Of a stretch of DNA of 64,000 nt, positions 21,801 through 36,600 are shown piece after piece. The translations under genes and the position numbers were made by a program. The notes under the pieces were generated by a model. The model was not told the DNA's origin. It did not search any database and saw only the letters and a program-made list of their open reading frames with translations. Source of the stretch: Bugula neritina (Eukaryota; Animalia; Bryozoa); assembly GCA_964035545.1 (NCBI GenBank), contig CAXIUT010000073.1:310001-374000 (forward strand), given 5' to 3'. Numbering within the stretch: position 1 is the stretch's first letter; every line of letters starts with the position of its first letter.

Positions 21801-24800
21801 GTGTAGACTTCATGAGCTGGTTAGCTGACAGGACTCATTAAAGTTCTTAACTCTTGTGTGTATAGTGATGCCCATCTTGAACTAGAGAGGGCTGACTGAA
21901 GACTGCTACTTTGTGAAAATTGACAATGCGTATTATTATTATTCATTGTTGAGATTCACGACTGCCATAAACAATGATAAAATATTCATTGTTGGTACTA
22001 CTGAGTAGAATAAAATATAATATAATATTATTCTCTGGACAGATAAACAATATCAAATGCATATTATAACATTACCATAAATCTACAGTGCTTCACATCT
22101 TCACCTTTTTCTGCAATGTTATTTCTTTGCAGTTAGAAGTACTAGCTGAATATATGACTATGAAACATAACCCTTCAATTTCATTGCACCAGCACCGATT
22201 TCAATATAGGTGTGTTGGGAGTTATCTTTCCTAAATTTTTGTTCTTGGCGTTTATACGAAACAGACACAGGCTAATATTAGTTTTGTTATTTGCAAGAGT
22301 TTTTCTGTCTGATTGTCCATCAGCAAAAGTTTGCGCCTTCCCGTTATTATGGAAATTCCAGTGCTGCTGGAAGACCTTTGCATTGTACACCCGCCTTTAC
22401 TATTGAATTTAGATGTTTTATTTTCCCATCCCCTCTCCTGCCCCCCTGTCCCCTCTAACAACCAGCAATCCTGACTCATGCGAAATGTGTTATTAAGTTT
22501 TAGAGTTGGACCATGGGCTTACAGTATACGATTTGAAGCTTTATAGTTTACAGGCAGTGGAGATGAGTCACTGCTGAAACCCATTTTATTAGTAGACTAT
22601 ATTGCTCTTCAATCATCAGTTTGCATATTAAAACAGAAAGCTCATCTGCAGCGCCATTTCACAGTGTTAAATTTTGCTAGAGTAAAAATTAATTTTAGAT
22701 GCCTTTGCAAACATATGAGAAATAAATGAGTCATTTTATGAAAAGAGGTGTTTGCAGCAGTTGTCCACTTTTGATTTAGACGCGTCATGGAAACTTTTGT
22801 AGTTTTAAATAATATCTCCAAACTCATCACTTGCATGTGTTTATATACTTGATAAAGTTTTTCATGCAAAACTTGATGCCTGCTTCAAAGACACCAGTGC
22901 TTAAATACTGTGTTAACTGTATTGGCACGTTGCCATGAGATATTTGGTAATATTTAGCATCACAACATACTCTTCAGAAAGTTAAGAAAATCAGTCTATA
23001 GAAAGTTAATGAAATAAACCTACCAGAGAGAGTAAGCCAGATGTAACAAGTAGATCCAAAACAAGTTGATTAACAATTGAAGTTGAATTCTCCATGTAGT
23101 GAATACTTTAGCCCTAATGTCAAATGCAAACGTCTGCAACCAAATTGTGTAGACTTCATGAGCTGGTTAGCTGACAGGACTCATTAAAGTTCTTAACTCT
23201 TGTGTGTATAGTGATGCCCATCTTGAACTAGAGAGGGCTGACTGAAGACTGCTACTTTGTGAAAATTGACAATGCATATTATTATTATTCATTGTTGAGA
23301 TTCACGACTGCCATAAACAATGATAAAATATTCATTGTTGGTACTACTGAGTAGAATAAAATATAATATAATATTATTCTCTGGACAGATAAACAATATC
23401 AAATGCATAATATAACATTACCATAAATCTACGGCGCTTCACATCTTCACCTTTTTCTGCAATGTTATTTCTTTGCAGTTAGAAGTACTAGCTGAATATA
23501 TGACTATGAAACATAACCCTTCAATTTCATTGCACCAGCACCGATTTCAATATAGGTGTGTTGGGAGTTATCTTTCCTAAATTTTTGTTCTTGGCAATTA
23601 TACGAAACAGACACAGGCCAATATTAGTTTTGTTATTTGCAAGAGTTTTTCTGTCTGATTGTCCATCAGCAAAAGTTTGCGCCTTCCCGTTATTATGGAA
23701 ATTCCAGTGCTGCTGGAAGACCTTTGCATTGTACACCCGCCTTTACTATTGAATTTAGATGTTTTATTTTCCCATCCCCTCTCCTGCCCCCCTGTCCCCT
23801 CTAACAACCAGCAATCCTGACTCATGCGAAATGTGTTATTAAGTTTTAGAGTTGGACCATGGGCCGACAGTATACGATTTGAAGCTTTATAGTTTACAGG
23901 CAGTGGAGATGAGTCACTGCTGAAACCCATTTTATTAGTAGACTATATTGCTCTTCAATCATCAGTTTTCATATTCAAAGAGAAAGCTCATCTGCAGCGC
24001 CATTTCACAGTGTTATATTTTGCTAGAGTAATAACTAATTTTAGATGCCTTTGCAAACATATGAGAAATAAATGAGTCATTTTATGAAAAGAGGTGTTTG
24101 CAGCAGTTGTCCACTTTTGATTTAGACGCGTCATGGAAACTTTTGTAGTTTTAAATAATATCTCCAAACTCATCACTTGCATGTGTTTATATACTTGATA
24201 AAGTTTTTCATGCAAAACTTGATGCCTGCTTCAAAGACACCAGTGCTTAAATACTGCGTTAACTGTATTGGCACGTTGCCATGAGATATTTGGTAATATT
24301 TAGCATCACAACATACTCTTCAGAAAGTTAAGAAAATCAGTCTATAGAAAGTTAATTAAATAAACCTACCAGAGAGAGTAAGCCAGATGTAACAAGTAGA
24401 TCCAAAACAAGTTGATTGACAATTGAAGTTGAATTCTCCATGTAGTGAATACTTTAGTCCTAATGTCAAATGCAAACGTCTGCAACCAAATTGTGTAGAC
24501 TTCATGAGCTGGTTAGCTGACAGGACTCATTAAAGTTCTTAACTCTTGTGTGTATAGTGATGCCCATCTTGAACTAGAGAGGGCTGACTGAAGACTGCTA
24601 CTTTGTGAAAATTGACAATGCGTATTATTATTATTCATTGTTGAGATTCACGACTGCCATAAACAATGATAAAATATTCATTGTTGGTACTACTGAGTAG
24701 AATAAAATATAATATAATATTATTCTCTGGACAGATAAACAATATCAAATGCATATTATAACATTACCACAAATCTATGGCGCTTCACATCTTCACCTTT

Positions 24801-27800
24801 TTCTGCAATGTTATTTCTTTGCAGTTAGAAGTACTAGCTGAATGTATGACTATGAAACATAACCCTTCAATTTCATTGCACCAGCACCGATTTCAATATA
24901 GGTGTGTTGGGAGTTATCTTTCCTAAATTTTTGTTCTTGGCAATTATACGAAACAGACACAGGCTAATATTAGTTTTGTTATTTGCAAGAGTTTTTCTGT
25001 CTGATTGTCCATCAGCAAAAGTTTGCGCCTTCCCGTTATTATGGAAATTCCAGTGCTGCTGGAAGACCTTTGCATTGTACACCCGCCTTTACTATTGAAT
25101 TTAGATGTTTTATTTTCCCATCCCCTCTCCTGCCCCCCTGTCCCCTCTAACAACCAGCAATCCTGACTCATGCGAAATGTGTTATTAAGTTTTAGAGTTG
25201 GACCATGGGCCGACAGTATACGATTTGAAGCTTTATAGTTTACAGGCACTGGAGATGAGTCACTGCTGAAACCCATTTTATTAGTAGACTATATTGCTCT
25301 TCAATCATCAGTTTTCATATTCAAAGAGAAAACTCATCTGCAGCGCCATTTCACAGTGTTATATTTTGCTAGAGTAATAACTAATTTTAGATGCCTTTGC
25401 AAACATATGAGAAATAATTGAGTCATTTTATGAAAAGAGGTGTTTGCAGCAGTTGTCCACTTTTGATTTAGACGCGTCATGGAAACTTTTGTAGTTTTAA
25501 ATAATATCTCCAAACTCATCACTTGCATGTGTTTATATACTTGATAAAGTTTTTCATGCAAAACTTGATGCCTGCTTCAAAGACACCAGTGCTTAAATAC
25601 TGTGTTAACTGTATTGGCACGTTGCCATGAGATATTTGGTAATATTTAGCATCACAACATACTCTTCAGAAAGTTAAGAAAATCAGTCTATAGAAAGTTA
25701 ATGAAATAAACCTACCAGAGAGAGTAAGCCAGATGTAACAAGTAGATCCAAAACAAGTTGATTAACAATTGAAGTTGAATTCTCCATGTAGTGAATACTT
25801 TAGTCCTAATGTCAAATGCAAACGTCTGCAACCAAATTGTGTAGACTTCATGAGCTGGTTAGCTGACAGGACTCATTAAAGTTCTTAACTCTTGTGTGTA
25901 TAGTGATGCCCATCTTGAACTAGAGAGGGCTGACTGAAGACTGCTACTTTGTGAAAATTGACAATGCATATTATTATTATTCATTGTTGAGATTCACGAC
26001 TGCCATAAACAATGATAAAATATTCATTGTTGGTACTACTGAGTAGAATAAAATATAATATAATATTATTCTCTGGACAGATAAACAATATCAAATGCAT
26101 ATTATAACATTACCATAAATCTACGGCGCTTCACATCTTCACCTTTTTCTGCAATGTTATTTCTTTGCAGTTAGAAGTACTAGCTGAATATATGACTATG
26201 AAACATAACCCTTCAATTTCATTGCACCAGCACCGATTTCAATATAGGTGTGTTGGGAGTTATCTTTCCTAAATTTTTGTTCTTGGCAATTATACGAAAC
26301 AGACACAGGCTAATATTAGTTTTGTTATTTGCAAGAGTTTTTCTGTCTGATTGTCCATCAGCAAAAGTTTGCGCCTTCCCGTTATTATGGAAATTCCAGT
26401 GCTGCTGGAAGACCTTTGCATTGTACACCCGCCTTTACTATTGAATTTAGATGTTTTATTTTCCCATCCCCTCTCCTGCCCCCCTGTCCCCTCTAACAAC
26501 CAGCAATCCTGACTCATGTGAAATGTGTTATTAAGTTTTAGAGTTGGACCATGGGCCTACAGTATACGATTTGAAGCTTTATAGTTTACAGGCAGTGGAG
26601 ATGAGTCACTGCTGAAACCCATTTTATTAGTAGACTATATTGCTCTTCAATCATCAGTTTGCATATTAAAACAGAAAGCTCATCTGCAGCGCCATTTCAC
26701 AGTGTTAAATTTTGCTAGAGTAAAAATTAATTTTAGATGCCTTTGCAAACATATGAGAAATAAATGAGTCATTTTATGAAAAGAGGTGTTTGCAGCAGTT
26801 GTCCACTTTTGATTTAGACGCGTCATGGAAACTTTTGTAGTTTTAAATAATATCTCCAAACTCATCACTTGCATGTGTTTATATACTTGATGAAGTTTTT
26901 CATGCAAAACTTGATGCCTGCTTCAAAGACACCAGTGCTTAAATACTGTGTTAACTGTATTGGCACGTTGCCATGAGATATTTGGTAATATTTAGCATCA
27001 CAACATACTCTTCAGAAAGTTAAGAAAATCAGTCTATAGGAAGTTAATAAAATAAACCTACCAGAGAGAGTAAGCCAGATGTAACAAGTAGATCCAAAAC
27101 AAGTTGATTAACAATTGAAGTTGAATTCTCCATGTAGTGAATACTTTAGTCCTAATGTCAAATGCAAACGTCTGCAACCAAATTGTGTAGACTTCATGAG
27201 CTGGTTAGCTGACAGGACTCATTAAAGTTCTTAACTCTTGTGTGTATAGTGATGCCCATCTTGAACTAGAGAGGGCTGACTGAAGACTGCTACTTTGTGA
27301 AAATTGACAATGCGTATTATTATTATTCATTGTTGAGATTCACGACTGCCATAAACAATGATAAAATATTCATTGTTGGTACTACTGAGTAGAATAAAAT
27401 ATAATATAATATTATTCTCTGGACAGATAAACAATATCAAATGCATAATATAACATTACCATAAATCTACGGCGCTTCACATCTTCACCTTTTTCTGCAA
27501 TGTTATTTCTTTGCAGTTAGAAGTACTAGCTGAATATATGACTATGAAACATAACCCTTCAATTTCATTGCACCAGCACCGATTTCAATATAGGTGTGTT
27601 GGGAGTTATCTTTCCTAAATTTTTGTTTTTGGCGTTTATACGAAACAGACACAGGCTAATATTAGTTTTGTTATCTGCAAGAGTTTTTCTGTCTGATTGT
27701 CCATCAGCAAAAGTTTGCCCCTTCCCGTTATTATGGAAATTCCAGTGCTGCTGGAAGACCTTTGCATTGTACACCCGCCGTTACTATTGAATTTAGATGT

Positions 27801-30800
27801 TTTATTTTCCCATCCCCTCTCCTGCCCCCCTGTCCCCTCTAACAACCAGCAATCCTGACTCATGCGAAATGTGTCATTAAGTTTTAGAGTTGGACCATGG
27901 GCCGACAGTATACGATTTGAAGCTTTATAGTTTACAGGCAGTGGAGATGAGTCACTGCTGAAACCCATTTTATTAGTAGACTATATTGCTCTTCAATCAT
28001 CAGTTTTCATATTCAAAGAGAAAGCTCATCTGCAGCGCCATTTCACAGTGTTATATTTTGCTAGAGTAATAACTAATTTTAGATGCCTTTGCAAACATAT
28101 GAGAAATAAATGAGTCATTTTATGAAAAGAGGTGTTTGCAGCAGTTGTCCACTTTTGATTTAGACGCGTCATGGAAACTTTTGTAGTTTTAAATAATATC
28201 TCCAAACTCATCACTTGCATGTGTTTATATACTTGATAAAGTTTTTCATGCAAAACTTGATGCCTGCTCCAAAGACACCAGTGCTTAAAACTGTGTTAAC
28301 TGTATTGGCACGTTGCCATGAGATATTTGGTAATATTTAGCATCACAACATACTCTTCAGAAAGTTAAGAAAATCAGTCTATAGAAAGTTAATGAAATAA
28401 ACCTACCAGAGAGAGTAAGCCAGATGTAACAAGTAGATCCAAAACAAGTTGATTAACAATTGAAGTTGAATTCTCCATGTAGTGAATACTTTAGTCCTAA
28501 TGTCAAATGCAAACGTCTGCAACCAAATTGTGTAGACTTCATGAGCTGGTTAGCTGACAGGACTCATTAAAGTTCTTAACTCTTGTGTGTATAGTGATGC
28601 CCATCTTGAACTAGAGAGGGCTGACTGAAGACTGCTACTTTGTGAAAATTGACAATGCGTATTATTATTATTCATTGTTGAGATTCACGACTGCCATAAA
28701 CAATGATAAAATATTCATTGTTGGTACTACTGAGTAGAATAAAATATAATATAATATTATTCTCTGGACAGATAAACAATATCAAATGCATATTATAACA
28801 TTACCATAAATCTACAGTGCTTCACATCTTCACCTTTTTCTGCAATGTTATTTCTTTGCAGTTAGAAGTACTAGCTGAATATATGACTATGAAACATAAC
28901 CCTTCAATTTCATTGCACCAGCACCGATTTCAATATAGGTGTGTTGGGAGTTATCTTTCCTAAATTTTTGTTCTTGGCGTTTATACGAAACAGACACAGG
29001 CTAATATTAGTTTTGTTATTTGCAAGAGTTTTTCTGTCTGATTGTCCATCAGCAAAAGTTTGCGCCTTCCCGTTATTATGGAAATTCCAGTGCTGCTGGA
29101 AGACCTTTGCATTGTACACCCGCCTTTACTATTGAATTTAGATGTTTTATTTTCCCATCCCCTCTCCTGCCCCCCTGTCCCCTCTAACAACCAGCAATCC
29201 TGACTCATGCGAAATGTGTCATTAAGTTTTAGAGTTGGACCATGGGCCGACAGTATACGATTTGAAGCTTTATAGTTTACAGGCAGTGGAGATGAGTCAC
29301 TGCTGAAACCCATTTTATTAGTAGACTATATTGCTCTTCAATCATCAGTTTTCATATTCAAAGAGAAAGCTCATCTGCAGCGCCATTTCACAGTGTTATA
29401 TTTTGCTAGAGTAATAACTAATTTTAGATGCCTTTGCAAACATATGAGAAATAAATGAGTCATTTTATGAAAAGAGGTGTTTGCAGCAGTTGTCCACTTT
29501 TGATTTAGACGCGTCATGGAAACTTTTGTAGTTTTAAATAATATCTCCAAACTCATCACTTGCATGTGTTTATATACTTGATAAAGTTTTTCATGCAAAA
29601 CTTGATGCCTGCTTCAAAGACACCAGTGCTTAAATACTGCGTTAACTGTATTGGCACGTTGCCATGAGATATTTGGTAATATTTAGCATCACAACATACT
29701 CTTCAGAAAGTTAAGAAAATCAGTCTATAGAAAGTTAATTAAATAAACCTACCAGAGAGAGTAAGCCAGATGTAACAAGTAGATCCAAAACAAGTTGATT
29801 GACAATTGAAGTTGAATTCTCCATGTAGTGAATACTTTAGTCCTAATGTCAAATGCAAACGTCTGCAACCAAATTGTGTAGACTTCATGAGCTGGTTAGC
29901 TGACAGGACTCATTAAAGTTCTTAACTCTTGTGTGTATAGTGATGCCCATCTTGAACTAGAGAGGGCTGACTGAAGACTGCTACTTTGTGAAAATTGACA
30001 ATGCATATTATTATTATTCATTGTTGAGATTCACGACTGCCATAAACAATGATAAAATATTCATTGTTGGTACTACTGAGTAGAATAAAATATAATATAA
30101 TATTATTCTCTGGACAGATAAACAATATCAAATGCATATTATAACATTACCATAAATCTATGGCGCTTCACATCTTCACCTTTTTCTGCAATGTTATTTC
30201 TTTGCAGTTAGAAGTACTAGCTGAATATATGACTATGAAACATAACCCTTCAATTTCATTGCACCAGCACCGATTTCAATATAGGTGTGTTGGGAGTTAT
30301 CTTTCCTAAATTTTTGTTCTTGGCAATTATACGAAACAGACACAGGCTAATATTAGTTTTGTTATTTGCAAGAGTTTTTCTGTCTGATTGTCCATCAGCA
30401 AAAGTTTGCGCCTTCCCGTTATTATGGAAATTCCAGTGCTGCTGGAAGACCTTTGCATTGTACACCCGCCTTTACTATTGAATTTAGATGTTTTATTTTC
30501 CCATCCCCTCTCCTGCCCCCCTGTCCCCTCTAACAACCAGCAATCCTGACTCATGCGAAATGTGTTATTAAGTTTTAGAGTTGGACCATGGGCCGACAGT
30601 ATACGATTTGAAGCTTTATAGTTTACAGGCAGTGGAGATGAGTCACTGCTGAAACCCATTTTATTAGTAGACTATATTGCTCTTCAATCATCAGTTTGCA
30701 TATTAAAACAGAAAGCTCATCTGCAGCGCCATTTCACAGTGTTAAATTTTGCTAGAGTAAAAATTAATTTTAGATGCCTTTGCAAACATATGAGAAATAA

Positions 30801-33657
30801 ATGAGTCATTTTATGAAAAGAGGTGTTTGCAGCAGTTGTCCACTTTTGATTTAGACGCGTCATGGAAACTTTTGTAGTTTTAAATAATATCTCCAAACTC
30901 ATCACTTGCATGTGTTTATATACTTGATGAAGTTTTTCATGCAAAACTTGATGCCTGCTTCAAAGACACCAGTGCTTAAATACTGTGTTAACTGTATTGG
31001 CACGTTGCCATGAGATATTTGGTAATATTTAGCATCACAACATACTCTTCAGAAAGTTAAGAAAATCAGTCTATAGAAAGTTAATGAAATAAACCTACGA
31101 GAGAGAGTAAGCCAGATGTAACAAGTAGATCCAAAACAAGTTGATTAACAATTGAAGTTGAATTCTCCATGTAGTGAATACTTTAGTCCTAATGTCAAAT
31201 GCAAACGTCTGCAACCAAATTGTGTAGACTTCATGAGCTGGTTAGCTGACAGGACTCATTAAAGTTCTTAACTCTTGTGTGTATAGTGATGCCCATCTTG
31301 AACTAGAGAGGGCTGACTGAAGACTGCTACTTTGTGAAAATTGACAATGCATATTATTATTATTCATTGTTGAGATTCACGACTGCCATAAACAATGATA
31401 AAATATTCATTGTTGGTACTACTGAGTAGAATAAAATATAATATAATATTATTCTCTGGACAGATAAACAATATCAAATGCATATTATAACATTACCATA
31501 AATCTACGGCGCTTCACATCTTCACCTTTTTCTGCAATGTTATTTCTTTGCAGTTAGAAGTACTAGCTGAATATATGACTATGAAACATAACCCTTCAAT
31601 TTCATTGCACCAGCACCGATTTCAATATAGGTGTGTTGGGAGTTATCTTTCCTAAAGTTTTGTTCTTGGCGTTTATACGAAGCAGACACAGGCTAATATT
31701 AGTTTTGTTATTTGCAAGAGTTTTTCTGTCTGATTGTCCATCAGCAAAAGTTTGCGCCTTGCAGTTATTATGGAAATACCAGTGATGCTGGAAGACCTTT
31801 GCATTGTACACCCGCCTTTACTATTGAATTTAGATGTTTTATTTTCCCATTACCTCTCCTGCCCCCCTGTCCCCTCTAACAACCAGCAATCCTGACTCAT
31901 GTGAAATGTGTTATTAAGTTTTAGAGTTGGACCATGGGCCTACAGTATACGATTTGAAGCTTTATAGTTTACAGGCAGTGGAGATGAGTCACTGCTGAAA
32001 CCCATTTTATTAGTAGACTATATTGCTCTTCAATCATCAGTTTGCATATTAAAACAGAAAGCTCATCTGCAGCGCCATTTCACAGTGTTAAATTTTGCTA
32101 GAGTAAAAATTAATTTTAGATGCCTTTGCAAACATATGAGAAATAAATGAGTCATTTTATGAAAAGAGGTGTTTGCAGCAGTTGTCCACTTTTGATTTAG
32201 ACGCGTCATGGAAACTTTTGTAGTTTTAAATAATATCTCCAAACTCATCACTTGCATGTGTTTATATACTTGATGAAGTTTTTCATGCAAAACTTGATGC
32301 CTGCTTCAAAGACACCAGTGCTTAAATACTGTGTTAACTGTATTGGCACGTTGCCATGAGATATTTGGTAATATTTAGCATCACAACATACTCTTCAGAA
32401 AGTTAAGAAAATCAGTCTATAGAAAGTTAATGAAATAAACCTACCAGAGAGAGTAAGCCAGATGTAACAAGTAGATCCAAAACAAGTTGATTAACAATTG
32501 AAGTTGAATTCTCCATGTAGTGAATACTTTAGTCCTAATGTCAAATGCAAACGTCTGCAACCAAATTGTGTAGACTTCATGAGCTGGTTAGCTGACAGGA
32601 CTCATTAAAGTTCTTAACTCTTGTGTGTATAGTGATGCCCATCTTGAACTAGAGAGGGCTGACTGAAGACTGCTACTTTGTGAAAATTGACAATGCATAT
32701 TATTATTATTCATTGTTGAGATTCACGACTGCCATAAACAATGATAAAATATTCATTGTTGGTACTACTGAGTAGAATAAAATATAATATAATATTATTC
32801 TCTGGACAGATAAACAATATCAAATGCATATTATAACATTACCATAAATCTACGGCGCTTCACATCTTCACCTTTTTCTGCAATGTTATTTCTTTGCAGT
32901 TAGAAGTACTAGCTGAATATATGACTATGAAACATAACCCTTCAATTTCATTGCACCAGCACCGATTTCAATATAGGTGTGTTGGGAGTTATCTTTCCTA
33001 AAGTTTTGTTCTTGGCGTTTATACGAAGCAGACACAGGCTAATATTAGTTTTGTTATTTGCAAGAGTTTTTCTGTCTGATTGTCCATCAGCAAAAGTTTG
33101 CGCCTTGCAGTTATTATGGAAATACCAGTGATGCTGGAAGACCTTTGCATTGTACACCCGCCTTTACTATTGAATTTAGATGTTTTATTTTCCCATCCCC
33201 TCTCCTGCCCCCCTGTCCCCTCTAACAACCAGCAATCCTGACTCATGTGAAATGTGTTATTAAGTTTTAGAGTTGGACCATGGGCCTACAGTATACGATT
33301 TGAAGCTTTATAGTTTACAGGCAGTGGAGATGAGTCACTGCTGAAACCCATTTTATTAGTAGACTATATTGCTGTTCAATCATCAGTTTGCATATTAAAA
33401 CAGAAAGCTCATCTGCAGCGCCATTTCACAGTGTTAAATTTTGCTAGAGTAAAAATTAATTTTAGATGCCTTTGCAAACATATGAGAAATAAATGAGTCA
33501 TTTTATGAAAAGAGGTGTTTGCAGCAGTTGTCCACTTTTGATTTAGACGCGTCATGGAAACTTTTGTAGTTTTAAATAATATCTCCAAACTCATCACTTG
33601 CATGTGTTTATATACTTGATGAAGTTTTTCATGCAAAACTTGATGCCTGCTTCAAAG
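18853..33657. repeat. Heterogeneous middle domain (units 15-25), no regular HOR, more private variants
   Basis: Variant combinations do not repeat periodically. Private substitutions occur in units 15, 17, 18, 19, 21 and 24. Confidence 0.75.
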
Positions 33658-36600
33658 ACACCAGTTAACTGTATTGGCACGTTGCCATGAGATATTTGGT
33701 AATATTTAGCATCACAACATACTCTTCAGAAAGTTAAGAAAATCAGTCTATAGGAAGTTAATGAAATAAACCTACCAGAGAGAGTAAGCCAGATGTAACA
33801 AGTAGATCCAAAACAAGTTGATTAACAATTGAAGTTGAATTCTCCATGTAGTGAATACTTTAGTCCTAATGTCAAATGCAAACGTCTGCAACCAAATTGT
33901 GTAGACTTCATGAGCTGGTTAGCTGACAGGACTCATTAAAGTTCTTAACTCTTGTGTGTATAGTGATGCCCATCTTGAACTAGAGAGGGCTGACTGAAGA
34001 CTGCTACTTTGTGAAAATTGACAATGCGTATTATTATTATTCATTGTTGAGATTCACGACTGCCATAAACAATGATAAAATATTCATTGTTGGTACTACT
34101 GAGTAGAATAAAATATAATATAATATTATTCTCTGGACAGATAAACAATATCAAATGCATAATATAACATTACCATAAATCTACGGCGCTTCACATCTTC
34201 ACCTTTTTCTGCAATGTTATTTCTTTGCAGTTAGAAGTACTAGCTGAATATATGACTATGAAACATAACCCTTCAATTTCATTGCACCAGCACCGATTTC
34301 AATATAGGTGTGTTGGGAGTTATCTTTCCTAAAGTTTTGTTCTTGGCGTTTATATGAAGCAGACACAGGCTAATATTAGTTTTGTTATTTGCAAGAGTTT
34401 TTCTGTCTGATTGTCCATCAGCAAAAGTTTGCGCCTTCCCGTTATTATGGAAATTCCAGTGCTGCTGGAAGACCTTTGCATTGTACACCCGCCTTTACTA
34501 TTGAATTTAGATGTTTTATTTTCCCATCCCCTCTCCTGCCCCCCTGTCCCCTCTAACAACCAGCAATCCTGACTCATGCGAAATGTGTTATTAAGTTTTA
34601 GAGTTGGACCATGGGCCGACAGTATACGATTTGAAGCTTTATAGTTTACAGGCAGTGGAGATGAGTCACTGCTGAAACCCATTTTATTAGTAGACTATAT
34701 TGCTCTTCAATCATCAGTTTTCATATTCAAAGAGAAAGCTCATCTGCAGCGCCATTTCACAGTGTTATATTTTGCTAGAGTAATAACTAATTTTAGATGC
34801 CTTTGCAAACATATGAGAAATAAATGAGTCATTTTATGAAAAGAGGTGTTTGCAGCAGTTGTCCACTTTTGATTTAGACGCGTCATGGAAACTTTTGTAG
34901 TTTTAAATAATATCTCCAAACTCATCACTTGCATGTGTTTATATACTTGATAAAGTTTTTCATGCAAAACTTGATGCCTGCTTCAAAGACACCAGTGCTT
35001 AAAACTGTGTTAACTGTATTGGCACGTTGCCATGAGATATTTGGTAATATTTAGCATCACAACATACTCTTCAGAAAGTTAAGAAAATCAGTCTATAGAA
35101 AGTTAATGAAATAAACCTACCAGAGAGAGTAAGCCAGATGTAACAAGTAGATCCAAAACAAGTTGATTGACAATTGAAGTTGAATTCTCCATGTAGTGAA
35201 TACTTTAGTCCTAATGTCAAATGCAAACGTCTGCAACCAAATTGTGTAGACTTCATGAGCTGGTTAGCTGACAGGACTCATTAAAGTTCTTAACTCTTGT
35301 GTGTATAGTGATGCCCATCTTGAACTAGAGAGGGCTGACGGAAGACTGCTACTTTGTGAAAATTGACAATGCATATTATTATTATTCATTGTTGAGATTC
35401 ACGACTGCCATAAACAATGATAAAATATTCATTGTTGGTACTACTGAGTAGAATAAAATATAATATAATATTATTCTCTGGACAGATAAACAATATCAAA
35501 TGCATATTATAACATTACCATAAATCTACGGCGCTTCACATCTTCACCTTTTTCTGCAATGTTATTTCTTTGCAGTTAGAAGTACTAGCTGAATATATGA
35601 CTATGAAACATAACCCTTCAATTTCATTGCACCAGCACCGATTTCAATGTAGGTGTGTTGGGAGTTATCTTTCCTAAATTTTTGTTCTTGGCAATTATAC
35701 GAAACAGACACAGGCTAATATTAGTTTTGTTATTTGCAAGAGTTTTTCTGTCTGATTGTCCATCAGCAAAAGTTTGCGCCTTCCCGTTATTATGGAAATT
35801 CCAGTGCTGCTGGAAGACCTTTGCATTGTACACCCGCCTTTACTATTGAATTTAGATGTTTTATTTTCCCATCCCCTCTCCTGCCCCCCTGTCCCCTCTA
35901 ACAACCAGCAATCCTGACTCATGCGAAATGTGTTATTAAGTTTTAGAGTTGGACCATGGGCCGACAGTATACGATTTGAAACTTTATAGTTTACAGGCAG
36001 TGGAGATGAGTCACTGCTGAAACCCATTTTATTAGTAGACTATATTGCTCTTCAATCATCAGTTTTCATATTCAAAGAGAAAGCTCATCTGCAGCGCCAT
36101 TTCACAGTGTTATATTTTGCTAGAGTAATAACTAATTTTAGATGCCTTTGCAAACATATGAGAAATAAATGAGTCATTTTATGAAAAGAGGTGTTTGCAG
36201 CAGTTGTCCACTTTTGATTTAGACGCGTCATGGAAACTTTTGTAGTTTTAAATAATATCTCCAAACTCATCACTTGCATGTGTTTATATACTTGATAAAG
36301 TTTTTCATGCAAAACTTGATGCCTGCTTCAAAGACACCAGTGCTTAAATACTGTGTTAACTGTATTGGCACGTTGCCATGAGATATTTGGTAATATTTAG
36401 CATCACAACATACTCTTCAGAAAGTTAAGAAAATCAGTCTATAGAAAGTTAATGAAATAAACCTACCAGAGAGAGTAAGCCAGATGTAACAAGTAGATCC
36501 AAAACAAGTTGATTAACAATTGAAGTTGAATTCTCCATGTAGTGAATACTTTAGTCCTAATGTCAAATGCAAACGTCTGCAACCAAATTGTGTAGACTTC

